From NCBI RefSeq assembly GCF_006345805.1, contig NC_043015.1, forward strand, positions 6,262,001-6,326,000: a stretch of DNA of 64,000 nt, read 5' to 3'. The DNA comes from Octopus sinensis. Lineage: Eukaryota. Below the pieces are notes generated by a model. It searched no databases and was not told where the DNA came from. It worked only from the letters and a program-made list of their open reading frames with translations. The translations under genes were made by a program, and so were the position numbers. Positions 1-14,167 of the stretch are shown in pieces; the first letter of the stretch is position 1, and every line of letters begins with the position of its first letter.

Positions 1-43
<43 letters not shown>

Positions 44-242
44 TATATATATATGTATATAGAAATATACATACACATACACACACATACATGTATGTAT
101 ATATACATATACACACATATATAGTCACGCTCGTCCATGCGTGATTATAGATTCACAAACATACTTACATACATGCATATCTAAGTCTATATAATGAAGA
201 AACAACATGTATAGACACATAAGCGTGCAAGAGCACTTAAAT

Positions 243-291
<49 letters not shown>

Positions 292-292
292 C
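1..292. repeat. Compound (TA)n/(TACA)n/(CA)n microsatellite
   Basis: Direct reading; ORFs 125-322 and 207-419 are largely translations of it. Confidence 0.9.
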
Positions 293-842
293 AAGCGTAC
301 TGATGTGTACGCGTGTTACCATTGCTTTTGTTAGTTTCGGCTTTCATTTAAGAAGCATTCCAGGTAAACAGTACGTGCAATGGATTTTTGTCATTAACAC
401 AAAAACGAATAGAATATAAAATAAAAATCAATGTGAAAACATACTATGATTCAATGAATTAGCTACAACAGAGATAGGAAACTTTGCCAGCAAATCGCTA
501 TTCGTTTAGTATACCACTCATACTTTGGTAAATAACACGTGCAAGTATTGACTGCTTCTGAAGTGTTTCAAAACTCCACTCACCCAGTAAGAAGTATGTC
601 CCACCATACGCATTAAAGTAGGTGATAAGTAGATAGTTATCATTAAAAGTTATTGTATTTCCTTTTTTCTTGGGCAATTTGTATTCTGTATTAAGCACTT
701 CCAGATGACTTCAAGACTATATCTTAACAATTAATAAGAATTTCTGGAAAATATGGAGACATGTGTTCAGCTATAAAATCGTCGAGCACCGTTGTTAATA
801 TTCCTACTGCGTGCAAAAATTTGTAATAGTTGAATCTATGCC

Positions 843-1075
843 CATACATTCTTACATACATATATACATACATACATTCTTACATACATACATACATATA
901 TGCATATATACATACATACATACATACATATATACATACATATATACATGCATGCATGCAGGTATGTGCATGAGGAAACATACATAAAATAAAACATACA
1001 AATGTGCACCATACACACATATATATACATGCATACATGCATGCATACATACATACTTTCATACATACATACAAA
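843..1075. repeat. (TACA)n-rich microsatellite
   Basis: Degenerate TACA/TGCA arrays that generate the MYVC-type ORFs. Confidence 0.9.
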
Positions 1076-2344
1076 ACCAACCTGTTGTTGATTCGTAATG
1101 GGCAGGGAATCTTGAATTAAAACTAAATAATGACATACATAAAACTCAACCAGGCAGATATTTTTTGTGTGGCCATAAAGTAGAAATATGGTTGCACATA
1201 TGATCGTCACCGATTTTAAAATATGTGCACAATTTTTTTTTTTTTTTCATATCTGTTAAATCCTCTCTATTCGTAAATTTTCATGAGGCACTTCTTAGAA
1301 AGTAATTCTTGGAAATTTACTTTTGTGATGTCACAATTTATACGATGTACCCGTCCCAAGAGGAAGTAACTCTCCGAAAACTTTCACTTAAATAAACAAA
1401 TAATTCACTGAATAATTTTTAACAAACTTTGAACGGAGATGTATGACAGTACAGAAATACCAACGAAACAGTCGATATATCATTGCACTTGATTTGTTAC
1501 CTTAATCTAACTTCATAATATTGCTATCAACTTAGTAATATCAGCATGAATATTGATGACAAATTATAACTGAATTCTTTTATATATTTATTTTGAGAAT
1601 TTTATATGTACTTATTTTGAGAATTAAAGGATGACACTCACGTATCAACAGCAACAACAATGACAATAACAACGGCAAATTTATATATTACTATCTAAGA
1701 GTATAAGACACAAATAACTAGGTTGATCGTAAATATTAAATTCCCAAAACCTCATCTACATAATTGCAAAATTAATTTGTATTGCTCTGTAGCTTCAAGG
1801 ATTTGATATACGACTGATAAAAGGATTTTTCCTTCTTTTCGAATATATTATTTAGCATTGCATGATAAAAGGTTTAATGAATTCATAACATGACAGCTTA
1901 TCTTCATTTGCCTTTATAATACCTTCAATAAGCCCAAGTGGCACGCTTTCTGAACCGAGTACAAAAAGCGAAGCTGAAATATTTATATTAAATATAAATT
2001 CATAACTACTTACAAGTACTTGTACAGACTATGATAATGGTATTTATTGAATGATTGAATATACTTATCTTAAGTTTAAAGTGCGTATCATATTCTTTGA
2101 TGTGTATAACTGTACATATTACGTTGTATTCATATATTTTGATCTACTTAGTTTGAACGTTTATGAACATAGACGTAAAAGAAAAAAATTAAGGAAAAAT
2201 ATGAAAATAAAAGATAAAATGTACAAATGAAGCAAATACATTCTCTTCAGAGATTAAAAAGAAGAAGAAAAATGAATTCAATATCAATAGTACCTTTGAG
2301 GTACCATTTATAAGCAAAGTATATTATATTCAAAAATAATAAAG

Positions 2345-2417
<73 letters not shown>

Positions 2418-2428
2418 TGATGATGATC
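2345..2428. repeat. (TAA)n/(TGA)n microsatellite
   Basis: Direct reading. Confidence 0.95.
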
Positions 2429-2576
2429 ATAAAGATGAATGAACTACAATCACAACAGAATGAAATCTAGGCATGGTCTGGTTACCTTTCGATTTCAACC
2501 TTCACTGTTATATTTAAAGCGCAGGTTTTGTTTAGTCTAAAACACAACGAAACTATATATGGCAGAACGTGAGAGT

Positions 2577-2638
<62 letters not shown>

Positions 2639-2906
2639 ATATATAGGTACGTATTTCAATGAGTGAAAGTGAGAGGGAGAGAGAGACAGAGAGAGAGACA
2701 GTTCTATTATTTAGCATTGTTGAACAAATTGTAGAGAAAGCATTTATTTATGATCGGTCTCAATAATTCTGTGGAACAGAATAGTGAAAGGGTCGAATAA
2801 GTCATTCAATGAGGAACATGCTGCCGGACAAGTCAAAATTGCATAATTATATATATATATATTATACATATATATATATATTATATATATATATATAATA
2901 TATATA

Positions 2907-2966
<60 letters not shown>

Positions 2967-4249
2967 CTATTTATATACACATACATGCATACTTTTATAT
3001 ACATATATATTTCATATATATATATGTATATTTATGCATGTGTAAGTACATATATACGTATACATGTATATGTATATGTGTGTGTCTGTGTCCGTCTCTG
3101 TCTGTCTGTCTCTGTGTCTGCCTGTGTGTCAGTGTGTGTGTAGGTATTTACATGCATCTATCCACACTTTAAAAACATGCCTACTTTGCTTTTCCTATCG
3201 TAATGTTTTGTATCAAATTTCCATTGCAATCATAGACGATTAATAGCACCTTGTTATTCCTTTTCGATGAAAGTGCCTGATCTATAGCATTCACACGTTT
3301 ATATTGTATGTCCATTCTTTCGATCATTTTGTGTTCTCTGTACCACAATCGTCCACATATCGGCGAAAATTTCAAGTAGTAACAACCTTTGATATTTTAG
3401 CCACCGATATATAAATTCACCCTAATTACGTTATTATGTACTCTACATTCTGTGTCCTGTTTTCACTTAGAAGCATTCACAGTCATACACACACACACTT
3501 ATATATACACAATGTCATATCACTCGCATAAACACACACACTCACACATGCAGAATTTCATTGAGTTACACACGTATATGTTTGGAATTATTGTTTGGCA
3601 AATTTACGCAAAGCTATTTATCTGTTTCTGTTCCAACCTTATTCCTCTTCATTTCGTTCGTTGCATTCACAGAAATAAAGTACTTGAAACAAATATTCAA
3701 TAATCTGAAAAGTTATTATTTTGTTGAAGTTTGAAGACTGCTTTATGAAGAGACAAGCTTAAACTGAATAAATGAGATAAAGCAAACTTTAAATGGCCCT
3801 ATAATCGAATAAGTTTATGCATTTATGCAAATAACATTTTGTTAGCTTCCAGTTTGTTTTTATTTAATGCGATTATTATATTAGATGCTTTTGTATATAT
3901 ACAAATCACTTGAAAGATTTACCTTCAGCTACAATGCATTGAAAGATTAGCTAGCAATGTTCTAATTATTGAATTTAAAGATCATACTAATATATAATTC
4001 AATTTTTATGTATCCACAAAATAAAGAAAATAGTGGTAGGAGTTATATAAATTATGAATAGCGTTACACACGTCAGAGATACCATAGTAACATTTGCTGT
4101 ATATAAATTGTACCATTATTTAATATTCAGTGAGCCGCGCTACGAAACATAATGCTATCAAGAACCGATTTTGAAAGAGAGGTTCTATTCTCAGTCGATG
4201 GAAATAAATTTTATGTATTTTATTTCAGGCTTTTTTTTTTCTGTTGCCT

Positions 4250-5000
4250 ATAAGATGAATCCTTATAAGAAAGGTTATGCATTTCCTCTTCCCTGCTCTC
4301 TCAAGCGTTGTTGTGTGGTAAAATCTTGCTTCCCAACCACGTATTTTCGGATTCATTCCGACAGTGTGGTACCTTAGGTAAGAAATCTTCTGCTACAGCC
4401 TCGAAGGGAAGTCAAAAATTATCCGCATTTTCTTTATTATTGTCACACTGACTTCTGCGCGTGCAAGCTTATAATTGTTACTATCGTGGTCACGTGCTCG
4501 ACGTTTGAGACTCAACCCACCATTTTTCTTTCTGGTTTTACAGTCTAGGCATGGCTGTTCCACTAGTAATGTGCACCAAAGAAGAACAAAAAGCAGTGAT
4601 CCGATTTGTCTAGTCCGAAGGTGTGTCAGGTGCTGAACTTCATCGAAGGATTTTAGCATAATACAGGGACAGTGCACCACTGCGTGGACATGTGTATGAG
4701 TGGATAGAAAAGTTTAAAAGTCGCCGGACAAACGTAACACACGAAGAGGATCAGGACGCCCGTCAAGCTCCACAACTGACAAGATTATTCAATAACCTCG
4801 TGTGATGGTGAAGGGGTGAGTTATCATCGATGAGGTAGTTCGATTTCTACAGATTAGACAGTGCTTTGCTGGTCAACAAACTGAAGCCAGTAATTCGCAC
4901 CAGACGCCAGAGCCTATTGTCGAAGATGTTCCTTGCATGGCAATGCACACTCACACACGGCCACAGAGGCCGTTGAAACCATTAAACCAATCGTGCTAAA
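4250..5000 (+). mobile_element. Decayed, internally deleted mariner-type transposon
   Basis: From 4571 translates CTKEEQKAVIRFV*SEGVSGAELHRRILA*YRDSAPLRGHVYEWIEKFKSRRTNVTHEE, then GRPSS (mariner N-terminal HTH). Near 4880-4985 reads KLKPVIRTRRQSLLSK / LHGNAHSHTA, a degenerate catalytic-region LHDNARPH motif. Stops and frameshifts present; boundaries approximate. Confidence 0.85.
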
Positions 5001-5344
5001 ATCCTCCGATGAATTTCAGCACCTGACACCTTCCAACCAGAGAAAAAGGATCGTTGTTCCTTCTGCTTTGGTAAATATAGCTAGTGGAGCGGCCATGCTC
5101 AGATTGTAAACCCAAAAGAAAGATGGCGCGATCAGGCTCAAACTTCGATAACGTGAACACAATAGTACCAGTAGGCAGTGTGACAATAATAAAGGTTATG
5201 TTACGGGTAAAATGCGGATAATGTTTGACTAGCCCATTTACGTGTTTATATTAAATTATACACACGCACACACATAGACACACACACACACATACACAGT
5301 TAACCCCCCTCCCTCCAAAAAAAACGAGATGAGACACAAGAATA

Positions 5345-5905
5345 AACAACAACGCGAGGATATATGCAAAGTATTAACAGAAGATTAGGGGAGGAAAGAA
5401 AAGTTGTTTTAGCTTTTGAGCAAAGCTCTTCATCAGAAACAGAAGACGGAGGAAAGTCCAAAGCAAAAGGAATAAGGATAAAAAAAAATCGCCAACGATC
5501 CACATGTGGTTTATGTGGCTACATTTTGAAATGACCGGAAGTGAATGGGTGAAGAAAATACCTTTCTAAGACTGGAGAGTGTAAGAGAAAGAGTTATCTG
5601 TCTGGTGGTGGGGGGGGGATGTGCGTGCGTGCGAGTCTCCGTGTGGGTGTCTGTTAGTGTATGTGCAATATCATGTGTGTGTGTGTGTGTGTAATAGGAT
5701 ATGCGCGTGCGTATGTTTGTGTGTTTGTAATAGCATGTGTGTGTGTTATTTGTGTGGTGTTCTCTGGTTATATGTATGTGTGTGAGTGAATTTTCGTCTC
5801 CTAATGTTGTTGGAAGAATTCAGCAGCATGGTAACAGGAGTAGTGGTCTCTGGTGTAGAGTGGGTTTCTTCACATGTCCGTAGAGGATTGGTCAAAGGAA
5901 TGGTG
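5345..5905 (-). mobile_element. Penelope-like element terminal remnant
   Basis: Contains a minimal hammerhead fold (5406-5440) and shares the flank ACAACAACGCGAGGA with the copy at 24838. The minus strand near 5900-5860 reads LPVKHHSFDQSSTDM, only weakly like a GIY-YIG C-terminus. Confidence 0.55.
5406..5440 (-). ncRNA. Minimal type I hammerhead ribozyme-like motif, copy 1 (G12->A)
   Basis: Minus strand GUUU CUGAUGA A GAGC-UUU-GCUC AAAA GC UA AAAC: stem I GUUU/AAAC, 4-bp stem II, palindromic AGCU stem III; GAAA mutated to AAAA. Confidence 0.7.
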
Positions 5906-6213
5906 TTTGACTGGCAGTTTGAAGTATGTGTATGTCTGTATATATGCATGTGTGCGCGTGTGCGTGCATGTGCGTGTGTGTATGAGTGTGTGTTATGTAT
6001 GTAGGAGGTACATGTGCGTATATGTGCGTGTGCGTGTCTATGTGTGTATATATATATATATATATATGGTTGTGTGTGTGTTTGTGTGTATTTGGATGTT
6101 AGTGCGTGTGTGTGTGTGAGTAAATGTTTATATGTAACTTGCTAAAACGATAAATTACGAGGACGTAAAAGCCGGGGGGGAGGTAAATTACACGTGCATA
6201 TACCTGTCTATAA

Positions 6214-6247
<34 letters not shown>

Positions 6248-6279
6248 CTCTCTCTCTCTCTATCTATCTAACTATCTAT

Positions 6280-6379
<100 letters not shown>

Positions 6380-6710
6380 ATATGTGGGGAGGGATGCGCT
6401 TGTAATAATCCATATATTATCCGTACAGCAAATCCATTCACAAGGGTCAGACCGAGACTTCAGTGGTACACAACCAAGTTTCATGTGATTGGGAAGTAAA
6501 ATTCTTAACATACAGCCACCCACCTATTGCCCCCGCCTCCGCTAAGTCACTGGGATGTTAAGAAAACATCACCTGTTGCCAAGCCGTGGCAGGATAAAAG
6601 TCAAAAGCATAAACACACGCACACGTGCTCATACGCACACACTTATATATATAGAGAGATATGTATATATGTATGTACGCATGCAATATGTATGTGGGTG
6701 TTCGTGTATT

Positions 6711-6915
6711 TGGCATTAAGAAGGCCATTCAGCCGTAGAAATGCCAAATCATAGTGGAACGTGGCAGATCCCTGGCTTACTGGTTCCACTTAAACCGTCT
6801 AGCACGTGTAAGCATGGCATGGAAAGCAGATGCTAAAGGATGATAATGATGGTGATGATGATGATGATGACGACGACGATGTTGATGACAATGATGATGA
6901 CGACGATGATGATGA
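6711..6915 (+). mobile_element. Retroposon 3' tail ending in (GAT/GAC)n
   Basis: GGCATTAAGAAGGCCATTCAGCCGTAGAAA...AAACCGTC...GCATGGAAAGCAGATGCTAAAGGATGAT followed by a trinucleotide tail; recognised from memory as a common octopus SINE/LINE tail. Confidence 0.55.
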
Positions 6916-7089
6916 CGATGATAATTATATATACCCATATATTCATGTTAGCGTGTGTCTGTGTGGGAAGTAATTATTAATATTCGTCTTCTAAGCGAAT
7001 TAATATTCATCACCGGATAATTTTCAGTGTTCCATTTAGACCGTAACCACCCCGGCATTCATTCGATTGCTAACTTGCTACCCTATGTA

Positions 7090-7190
7090 TATTTCTTTAC
7101 TACCTACAAGGGGCTAAACATAGAGGGGACACTCAAGGAAATACAAAGGGATTGAGTCGATTACATCGACCCAGTGCGAAACTGGTACTT
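7090..7190 (-). mobile_element. SINE family A fragment (3' part)
   Basis: Reverse complement aligns by eye with 7934-8032 (AAGTACCAGT..GCACTGG..GTCGAT..AATCGAC..TTTAGCCCC..TAGTAAAGAAAT). Confidence 0.85.
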
Positions 7191-7800
7191 TATTTTGCTA
7201 CCGTATATATCGAGCAACTCAGTGACATAATAGGGCTGTTTATACATTCTTGTTTATAGCTTTTATTTGCATTTGTTCGAGTCGTATATTTAGATATAAC
7301 ACATTTACGGCATGTACAATCAGTTATATTTACCAACCTATGTATTTTCCAGTGAAATAACGGCGATACGATAATACAATCGAAATGCTGCAAGATTGAT
7401 ATAATATATAAAACATATTCAAGCAGTTCTTTTTTTTACATAAATCCCTGGTTATATAACGATACGTGTAATTGCTTTGAAAATATATCTATATGCTGAA
7501 AACGTTTCATTTGAACTATAAAGGTGTATTATGAGCCTCTCATGACATAATGAATATTTGGGCTATAAAGGTCGGCTTTTTGCATTTTATCGTGTTAAAG
7601 GTATTAATCCTAGAGATGTGACAAATTCCATTTCATTCAAATTGCATAAAAATGTAATTCATATTTCCGAATTGTTATGTGAACCAGCCACAACGTATAA
7701 TCTAAGCTGCTCGATCAAGAAACACAATGAAACTTCTGCGGTAATATTGATCTGGGTTTGACCGATCAACATGTCACTCTATGCAACATAAACTAACAAG

Positions 7801-8384
7801 GAAGGCGGCGAGCTGGCAGAAATGTTAGCACGCCGGGCGAAATGCCTAGCGGTATTTCGTCTGCTGTTACGTTCAGAGTTCAAATTCTGCCGAGGTCGAC
7901 TTTGCCTATTATCCTTTCTGGTCGATTAAATAAGTACCAGTTACGCACTGGAGTCGATATAATCGACTTAATCCGTTTGTCTGTCCTTGTTTGTCCTTTC
8001 TGTGTTTAGCCCATTGTGGATAGTAAAGAAATAGGTATTTCCTCTGCCGTTAGGTTCTCAGTTCAAATTCTGCCGAGGTCGACTTTGCCTTTCATCCTTT
8101 CGGGTCGATTAAATAAGTACCAGTTACGCACTGGGGCCGATATAATCGAATTAATCCTTTTGTCTGTCCTTGTTTGTCCTCTCTGTGTTTAGCCCCTTGT
8201 GGTTAGTAAAGAAATAGGTATTTCGTCTGCCGCTACGTTCTGAGTTCAGAATCCACCGCGGTCGATTTTGTCTTTCATCGATTCGGGGTCGATAAATTAA
8301 GTACCACCTGCGTAGTGGGGTTGATCTAATCGACTGGCCCCCACTACCAAAGAATTGCGGGTCTTGTGCCTAGAGTAGAAAAGA
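7801..8384 (+). mobile_element. SINE family A, head plus three tandem 183-bp units
   Basis: Head GGCGGCGAGCTGGCAGAAATGTTAGCACGCCGGGCG and B-box-like GAGTTCAAAT; units start with GGTATTTC at 7851, 8034 and 8217. Confidence 0.9.
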
Positions 8385-10759
8385 TCACATATTTTTATGA
8401 TTTAGCTATGTCAGTCATTGGCCAGTAGGCATGATGGCTCACCATCTTGAAATTCCTAGTCAAACAAGTCAAACCCAGCACTTACTTGTTGAGTTCGACA
8501 CTGATTCTGCCAATATCTTTTGCCGTTTCGTTAACTTACGGGGATATACACAAACCAATCCTGTTTATCATGCAATAGTCAAACATATAGAAATACATAG
8601 ACGCACGGGCGCGCGCACGCACTACACACACTCACGCGCGCATGTACAGATACACACACACACATATGTGTGTGTGTCTGTGTGTATGACGCATTTCCAA
8701 ACAGTTTCTATCCCCTAGACTCACTCACGCGTCATTCGTCAGCCTGAGTTGGAGTAGAAGTTCCTTGTCCAGTTACCGCGCGTCATTCAATACTACACAG
8801 GGATACTTTCCCCTGCCAGAGGAATGATAAAAACAAAAATACCTGGATGATGAAGTTCAAATATATGTCATCTGAAATCTGTCGTATTCAAGAATTAATA
8901 TTAACATGAAGTTAAATAACAACAGTAATATCTACAACAACAATAGTTTCCCATAATTCTCATTTTACATTAATATACTTAATATACTATGTTGACGTTA
9001 CAAGCCACAGCTCATTGTTGAGTGTAGCAAGCTAAAGTTTGTTAGATGACCACCACTTGCAAATGTCAAGAAGTCTAATGCTACACTTCTGATATTTATT
9101 TAATGTTATTCAATTGCCTCACAACTTTGAAGGCCTTTATCAGAAAGAGTTCTTCAAAAACAAAATTTCTAAACAACATGCAAACAAACAGTCACTTTTC
9201 TGATCGATAAATATTTATTCACCAACTTTACACAGACTTAGCCAAAGAACATTTGTTTCTACCTCTGTCGCTCCTCGTATAAATTAGCAAACTGTATACT
9301 ACAATCACCTAGATCCACATATGTATCCTTTCCTCGCCAATGGTCTGATCTCCTAGCTCTCTAATTACACAACGTCGTAAAACTACATTAAGCCTTGTGA
9401 TTACAAATTACGTTGACCTACGGCTATTGAAGCAAAGCAAGGAATTCGTTGCTTAGAGCCTGAGGGAATTCTGTTTCCTATCTTCCACAACCTAACCGAG
9501 CATCTTCAAATCTTATATTTTCCGCTTAGCAGCTAATTCCAGCGTTGATACACAAAGCGACTGAGTACCTAATACACGTATTTGAACAAAGCAATGAATA
9601 TATATATACGAATATTGACTTTACTTTTCCCCCTTTATTTAACGGAAAAACAATCGATTCAACCATCTGTGGCTTTGTTCATAACTCTTAATACTGTCCA
9701 ATTACACTAGATCCCATATTTACATAGTATACTGAATTGATAGTCAATTAAATCAACTATAATATTTTTCATGCAGTTATTTTAACAATTATGTCTGAAT
9801 TATGTCGTCAAAAGGAAATACCGAATAGCAGTCATTTAATTCAATGTTGTAGACTATATACTTCTCTATCATTTTATTTACGTAAATATAATATATTGAT
9901 AATTAAATACTAAAGCGCTTCACAAAACGAATTGTTTATTCAAGATTTTGCAACTGAGACACGATAATACAGTCTGGATTATTTTCTAAAGAATACTGTC
10001 GCAAAACTATTCGCTTAGTGAAGTCTGCGTCTGTCACAAAATTGTAATAAAAATAACATATGACAACATTGTGACATAAAAAAAAAGTATATATGCTTCA
10101 TCCAGTTGTTTATATTATCTGATATCTCCTAGGAAAGCCATTCATCATAACAAGGCAAACATTGAGTAAACTTAAAAGTAAAGGCAAAATGGTGTACAGA
10201 ACAACTATACATACATACAAACTTAAATACGTACGTACGTACGTTCATACATACATATACATATATACGTCTATACATACACAGACAGGCCCACATACAC
10301 AATGTATCCTCTTCATTTTATTTCTATTAGTATTAGTATTATATATATATATATATATAGCTTCTGTTCTTTTTTCCATGTTAGATGTGTATGAGTGTCT
10401 TTGTTTTGGATTTATCTTCATTTTTTCTTCTTTAAATTTAGTTTTCAGAAAGATTTACAGTAAGGAACGTTATATATCTCAATTATTGTATATCTCTTTA
10501 TTTGATTTCATTTTATTTTCTTTCGTTTCTTGGTAGATGACTGATATAATAGGATTATCTTCCTGAGTGAATGACAAAATGAATAGAATAATTTTGTTAA
10601 ATTAACTGACTGATTGTTCGAGGTTTCATTATTATATTGAGGTAAAAGCACCCATTTATTACTAAAATAAACACGGTCTGACTTATTGATTTCGAAATGT
10701 CTGTTAGCGGAACGGAGCTTTCTTGAATAAAATAATACAAGAAACGAAAATAACAATAA

Positions 10760-10771
10760 TATTAATAATAA

Positions 10772-10848
<77 letters not shown>

Positions 10849-10939
10849 TAATAATAAGGCCGATGATAATAGTAGTAATAACATCAGTTACAACAAAAGA
10901 TATTCATATATATCTATGTACACGCACACACATATATGA

Positions 10940-10971
<32 letters not shown>

Positions 10972-11017
10972 TATACATATACTTACATACACACAAATAT
11001 ATATATATATACATACA

Positions 11018-11075
<58 letters not shown>

Positions 11076-11112
11076 TGTATACGGATATATATACATATAC
11101 ATACATACACAC

Positions 11113-11168
<56 letters not shown>

Positions 11169-11270
11169 CCGTATACATACACATTCATATACATATATGT
11201 GTACATTTATATGTATGTACGCAAACGTACATAAATATATTTGTATATATATATATATTATATATAGTCA
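10760..11270. repeat. (TAA)n followed by compound (TA)n/(TACA)n microsatellite
   Basis: Direct reading; source of the YIYI ORFs at 10863-11319. Confidence 0.9.
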
Positions 11271-11389
11271 TACATTTAAAAGAGTAAGTTTTCTTGTTAT
11301 TGTTGCTGGTTGCTGTTGACTTTTGTCTATTTTAGTATTTGTGTTGGGACTTCACATATTCTGTCTGCTGGTTTTCTCTTTCTAAACAG

Positions 11390-11472
11390 AAGGCAAGCAT
11401 AAGAAAAAGTATAAAAAGAAAATGAAAGCTCAAACTCAACCATCCACCTCCTCCACTCCATACTACGTATAG
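11390..11472 (+). CDS. Candidate terminal coding exon xGKHKKKYKKKMKAQTQPSTSSTPYYV*
   Basis: Acceptor GGTTTTCTCTTTCTAAACAG|; open in phase 1 to TAG 11470-72. No homology evidence. Confidence 0.25.
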
Positions 11473-12678
11473 AACGTATAGAACAGTTAAATGCACGAGT
11501 GAGGTAGTACTGGCAGCAGCAGAGGAAATTATTGTGTTCACTTTGTAGGCTATTAGTTAGTCTCTTTCGAAAACTTTCTTTAAGCATCAGTAGTATTTAT
11601 TTAAATCGATCGTTGGAAAATTTAGTTCAACAGCAGAAAGAAGAGAAACGTCTTAATTCTACCATTCCCAATCGTTTACCACAATGCAAATAATATACAG
11701 ACGTAGTCGAAAAGAACAAATTTGTAACATAAAGCAGAAACAGTTATATCATTCAATTTGCTTGAACATAAACAGCCATGATGAAACACACATACGTATT
11801 CAAATTTATTTCTATAGATATGATGAGAGCTAATTTTAAATATGTGTATGTATGCGTCTGTGCGCATGTGCGTGCTTCAGTATGAATATGATTCAACCAA
11901 TTTGCTTGAGATATATTTAACAACATATTTTTACATCAAAATTGAAAAATGAAAATATATTAAAATTAAAGAGCTCATTACGAGGAAGCAGATGCTATGT
12001 TTAGTCTACGGTGGAACAAATGAAGCAACGAAATACCTAATTTGAGACTAAAGACACGCCCTCTCAGTCAACGTTTTGTTATTATTTTTTTATCAATTCT
12101 TTATTGTTCGATTTAATTGTATCTTTGTCATAGATTTTTATGTTGCTAAAGTATTCAAAATATAACAAAGTTGATATTCCTTCTACCCCCAATTAATGTG
12201 GTAAAAAATATTCCACTAATATCTTTGAGCCACGTAAATACAATGATCGTAATATTGGCAGAAATACTTTAGCAGAAATATGTTATTACTTTGTATTTAT
12301 GAAGAGAGGAATGGTTCTTTACAAATTATACAAAGAAAGATATATGTACAGGTGCACACAAACGCTCACGCGTATACACAAATCCACATTTATACTTATA
12401 TAGATATACGTGTGTGTGTGTGTGTGTGTGTGTGTCTGTGTCTGTGTTAATGAAAATATACATATATGTAAATATGTATGTGTGTGCACATACTTATGTA
12501 AACCCACGATTGCATATATCTATGTTTATCTATCTATCTATGTATCTATCTATCAATCTATTGATGTAAATATATATGAATATATATGTATATATACACA
12601 TGTGTGTCTATATATATATGTATATATATATATGTCTATATATATAGGCATTTATATTTATGTATATGTATATATATG

Positions 12679-12732
<54 letters not shown>

Positions 12733-13464
12733 GTAGATAGTCCAAATTTACTGAAGACAAAAAGCGATGGCAAGCGAAGGAATAAGAAGCAAATTTATTA
12801 TTCTACCGCTCGGGAGAATAGACAAGTCTTTGAAGTCTAACCAGAAAAGATTGAGAGGATAAAAATGGAGAACGAATACAAAAAGTGATGAGAGAAGAAA
12901 ATCTGTATGGAGTAGCGCTTCATAATGGGGATAAAATATATATTTATGTGTATGCATTTGCATATCCACGAAAAAAAACTTCTAATTTGTACGAATGCAT
13001 TCCCTAGTACCCATTTAAAATGTTCTAGGCTCTCATGGTGCTCAATCCGCCACTTAATGAAGCATTATAATAAGCCAATCCCAAATTGTATGCAACCTCG
13101 AAGGCACTGAAATTTGGATTTTTACTGATGACGGTTCAATTCACGTGTACAATAATGTTCATCGCTTCCATGTCCATGGTTCTGAAGTTTCTCGCTGTCG
13201 ATGCTTCATTTTCCGCATTGTACTTATCACTTCCTGAAGCCGGTATTTTACCGTGTTTTTCAAAACGTTGATTGTTTTACTGCTGTTATAGTTTCGCTTC
13301 AGACATTTTACTTTATTTAAGTCTGTCTTGTCTCTTTTCTGTTGTTTCATGTTTTAGACAGCGTGCTTCTTCTCCTCTCCTTTTGTGAATATTTTAAATT
13401 TTCGTTGTTCTAAGTCATACGGATGACAGCACTTCTGAATAACTTTATACAATTATCATTTCAG

Positions 13465-13473
13465 TCTGTTATG
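13465..13473 (+). CDS. Candidate 9-nt microexon TCTGTTATG
   Basis: ACTTTATACAATTATCATTTCAG|TCTGTTATG|GTGAGT; canonical sites, frame-preserving. Confidence 0.35.
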
Positions 13474-13779
13474 GTGAGTAGAAACCAACAAAATTATGGT
13501 ACTAATTGCCTCAGTGAATACAATGATTTACAAATAGATTGTATTGTATTCGTCTAGCGAGTATTGCTATTTAAGTATCTGATATGGTCATTAGAACATA
13601 GTAGTCATGTGAAAAGGAAATCAAGAGCTATATTGAATTACTAAAAGATGGTACGTAAAGGCTTAGTTGCACACAGGCCATCGAATATAATTATGCATAA
13701 ACATACAAACATAGATATGCTCACACATATCGTGGACTCTCTAATCGGATATAATATACGTGTGTTCAGCTTTTCCCGA

Positions 13780-14010
13780 ATGGCCTGCATAAATGGGTTG
13801 TTTATAGTGATCAAATGAATGTGTTGTATCATTTGCTTACCCACTCAAACAAATCCACGTTGGTGGAACAGGTGTACGGTGTCGAAATGATCCCAGAGTA
13901 ACGCTAGATGAAGTGCTTTGCTCGAAAACATAAAGAACCACCCGGGACAAGAATTCAATCCACTACCGCGCGATCGTGAATGCAACACCCTAACCACCAG
14001 GCCATACGGC
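13780..14010 (-). mobile_element. tRNA-derived CORE-like SINE, decayed
   Basis: Minus strand TGGCCTGGTGGTTAGGGTGTTGCATTCACG head followed by TTCGAGCAAAGCACTTCATCT core-like segment. Confidence 0.7.
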
Positions 14011-14102
14011 TTTACTTATACCTGATATCTAATACGATCTAATATAATGCAATATATAATATAATGTAATATATAACATATATACATATGTATGTATGTA
14101 TG

Positions 14103-14167
<65 letters not shown>

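Noticed and set aside
498-698. Minus-strand ORF with donor TGG|GTGAGT at ~580
   Set aside because: No convincing in-frame acceptor downstream of the upstream TGA.
3345-3370. FRRYVDDC on the minus strand, resembling an RT YxDD motif
   Set aside because: Stop 7 codons later and no flanking RT motifs; likely chance.
7801-8384. CRISPR-like repeat-spacer array
   Set aside because: Units are whole SINE bodies without unique spacers; no cas genes, eukaryotic context.
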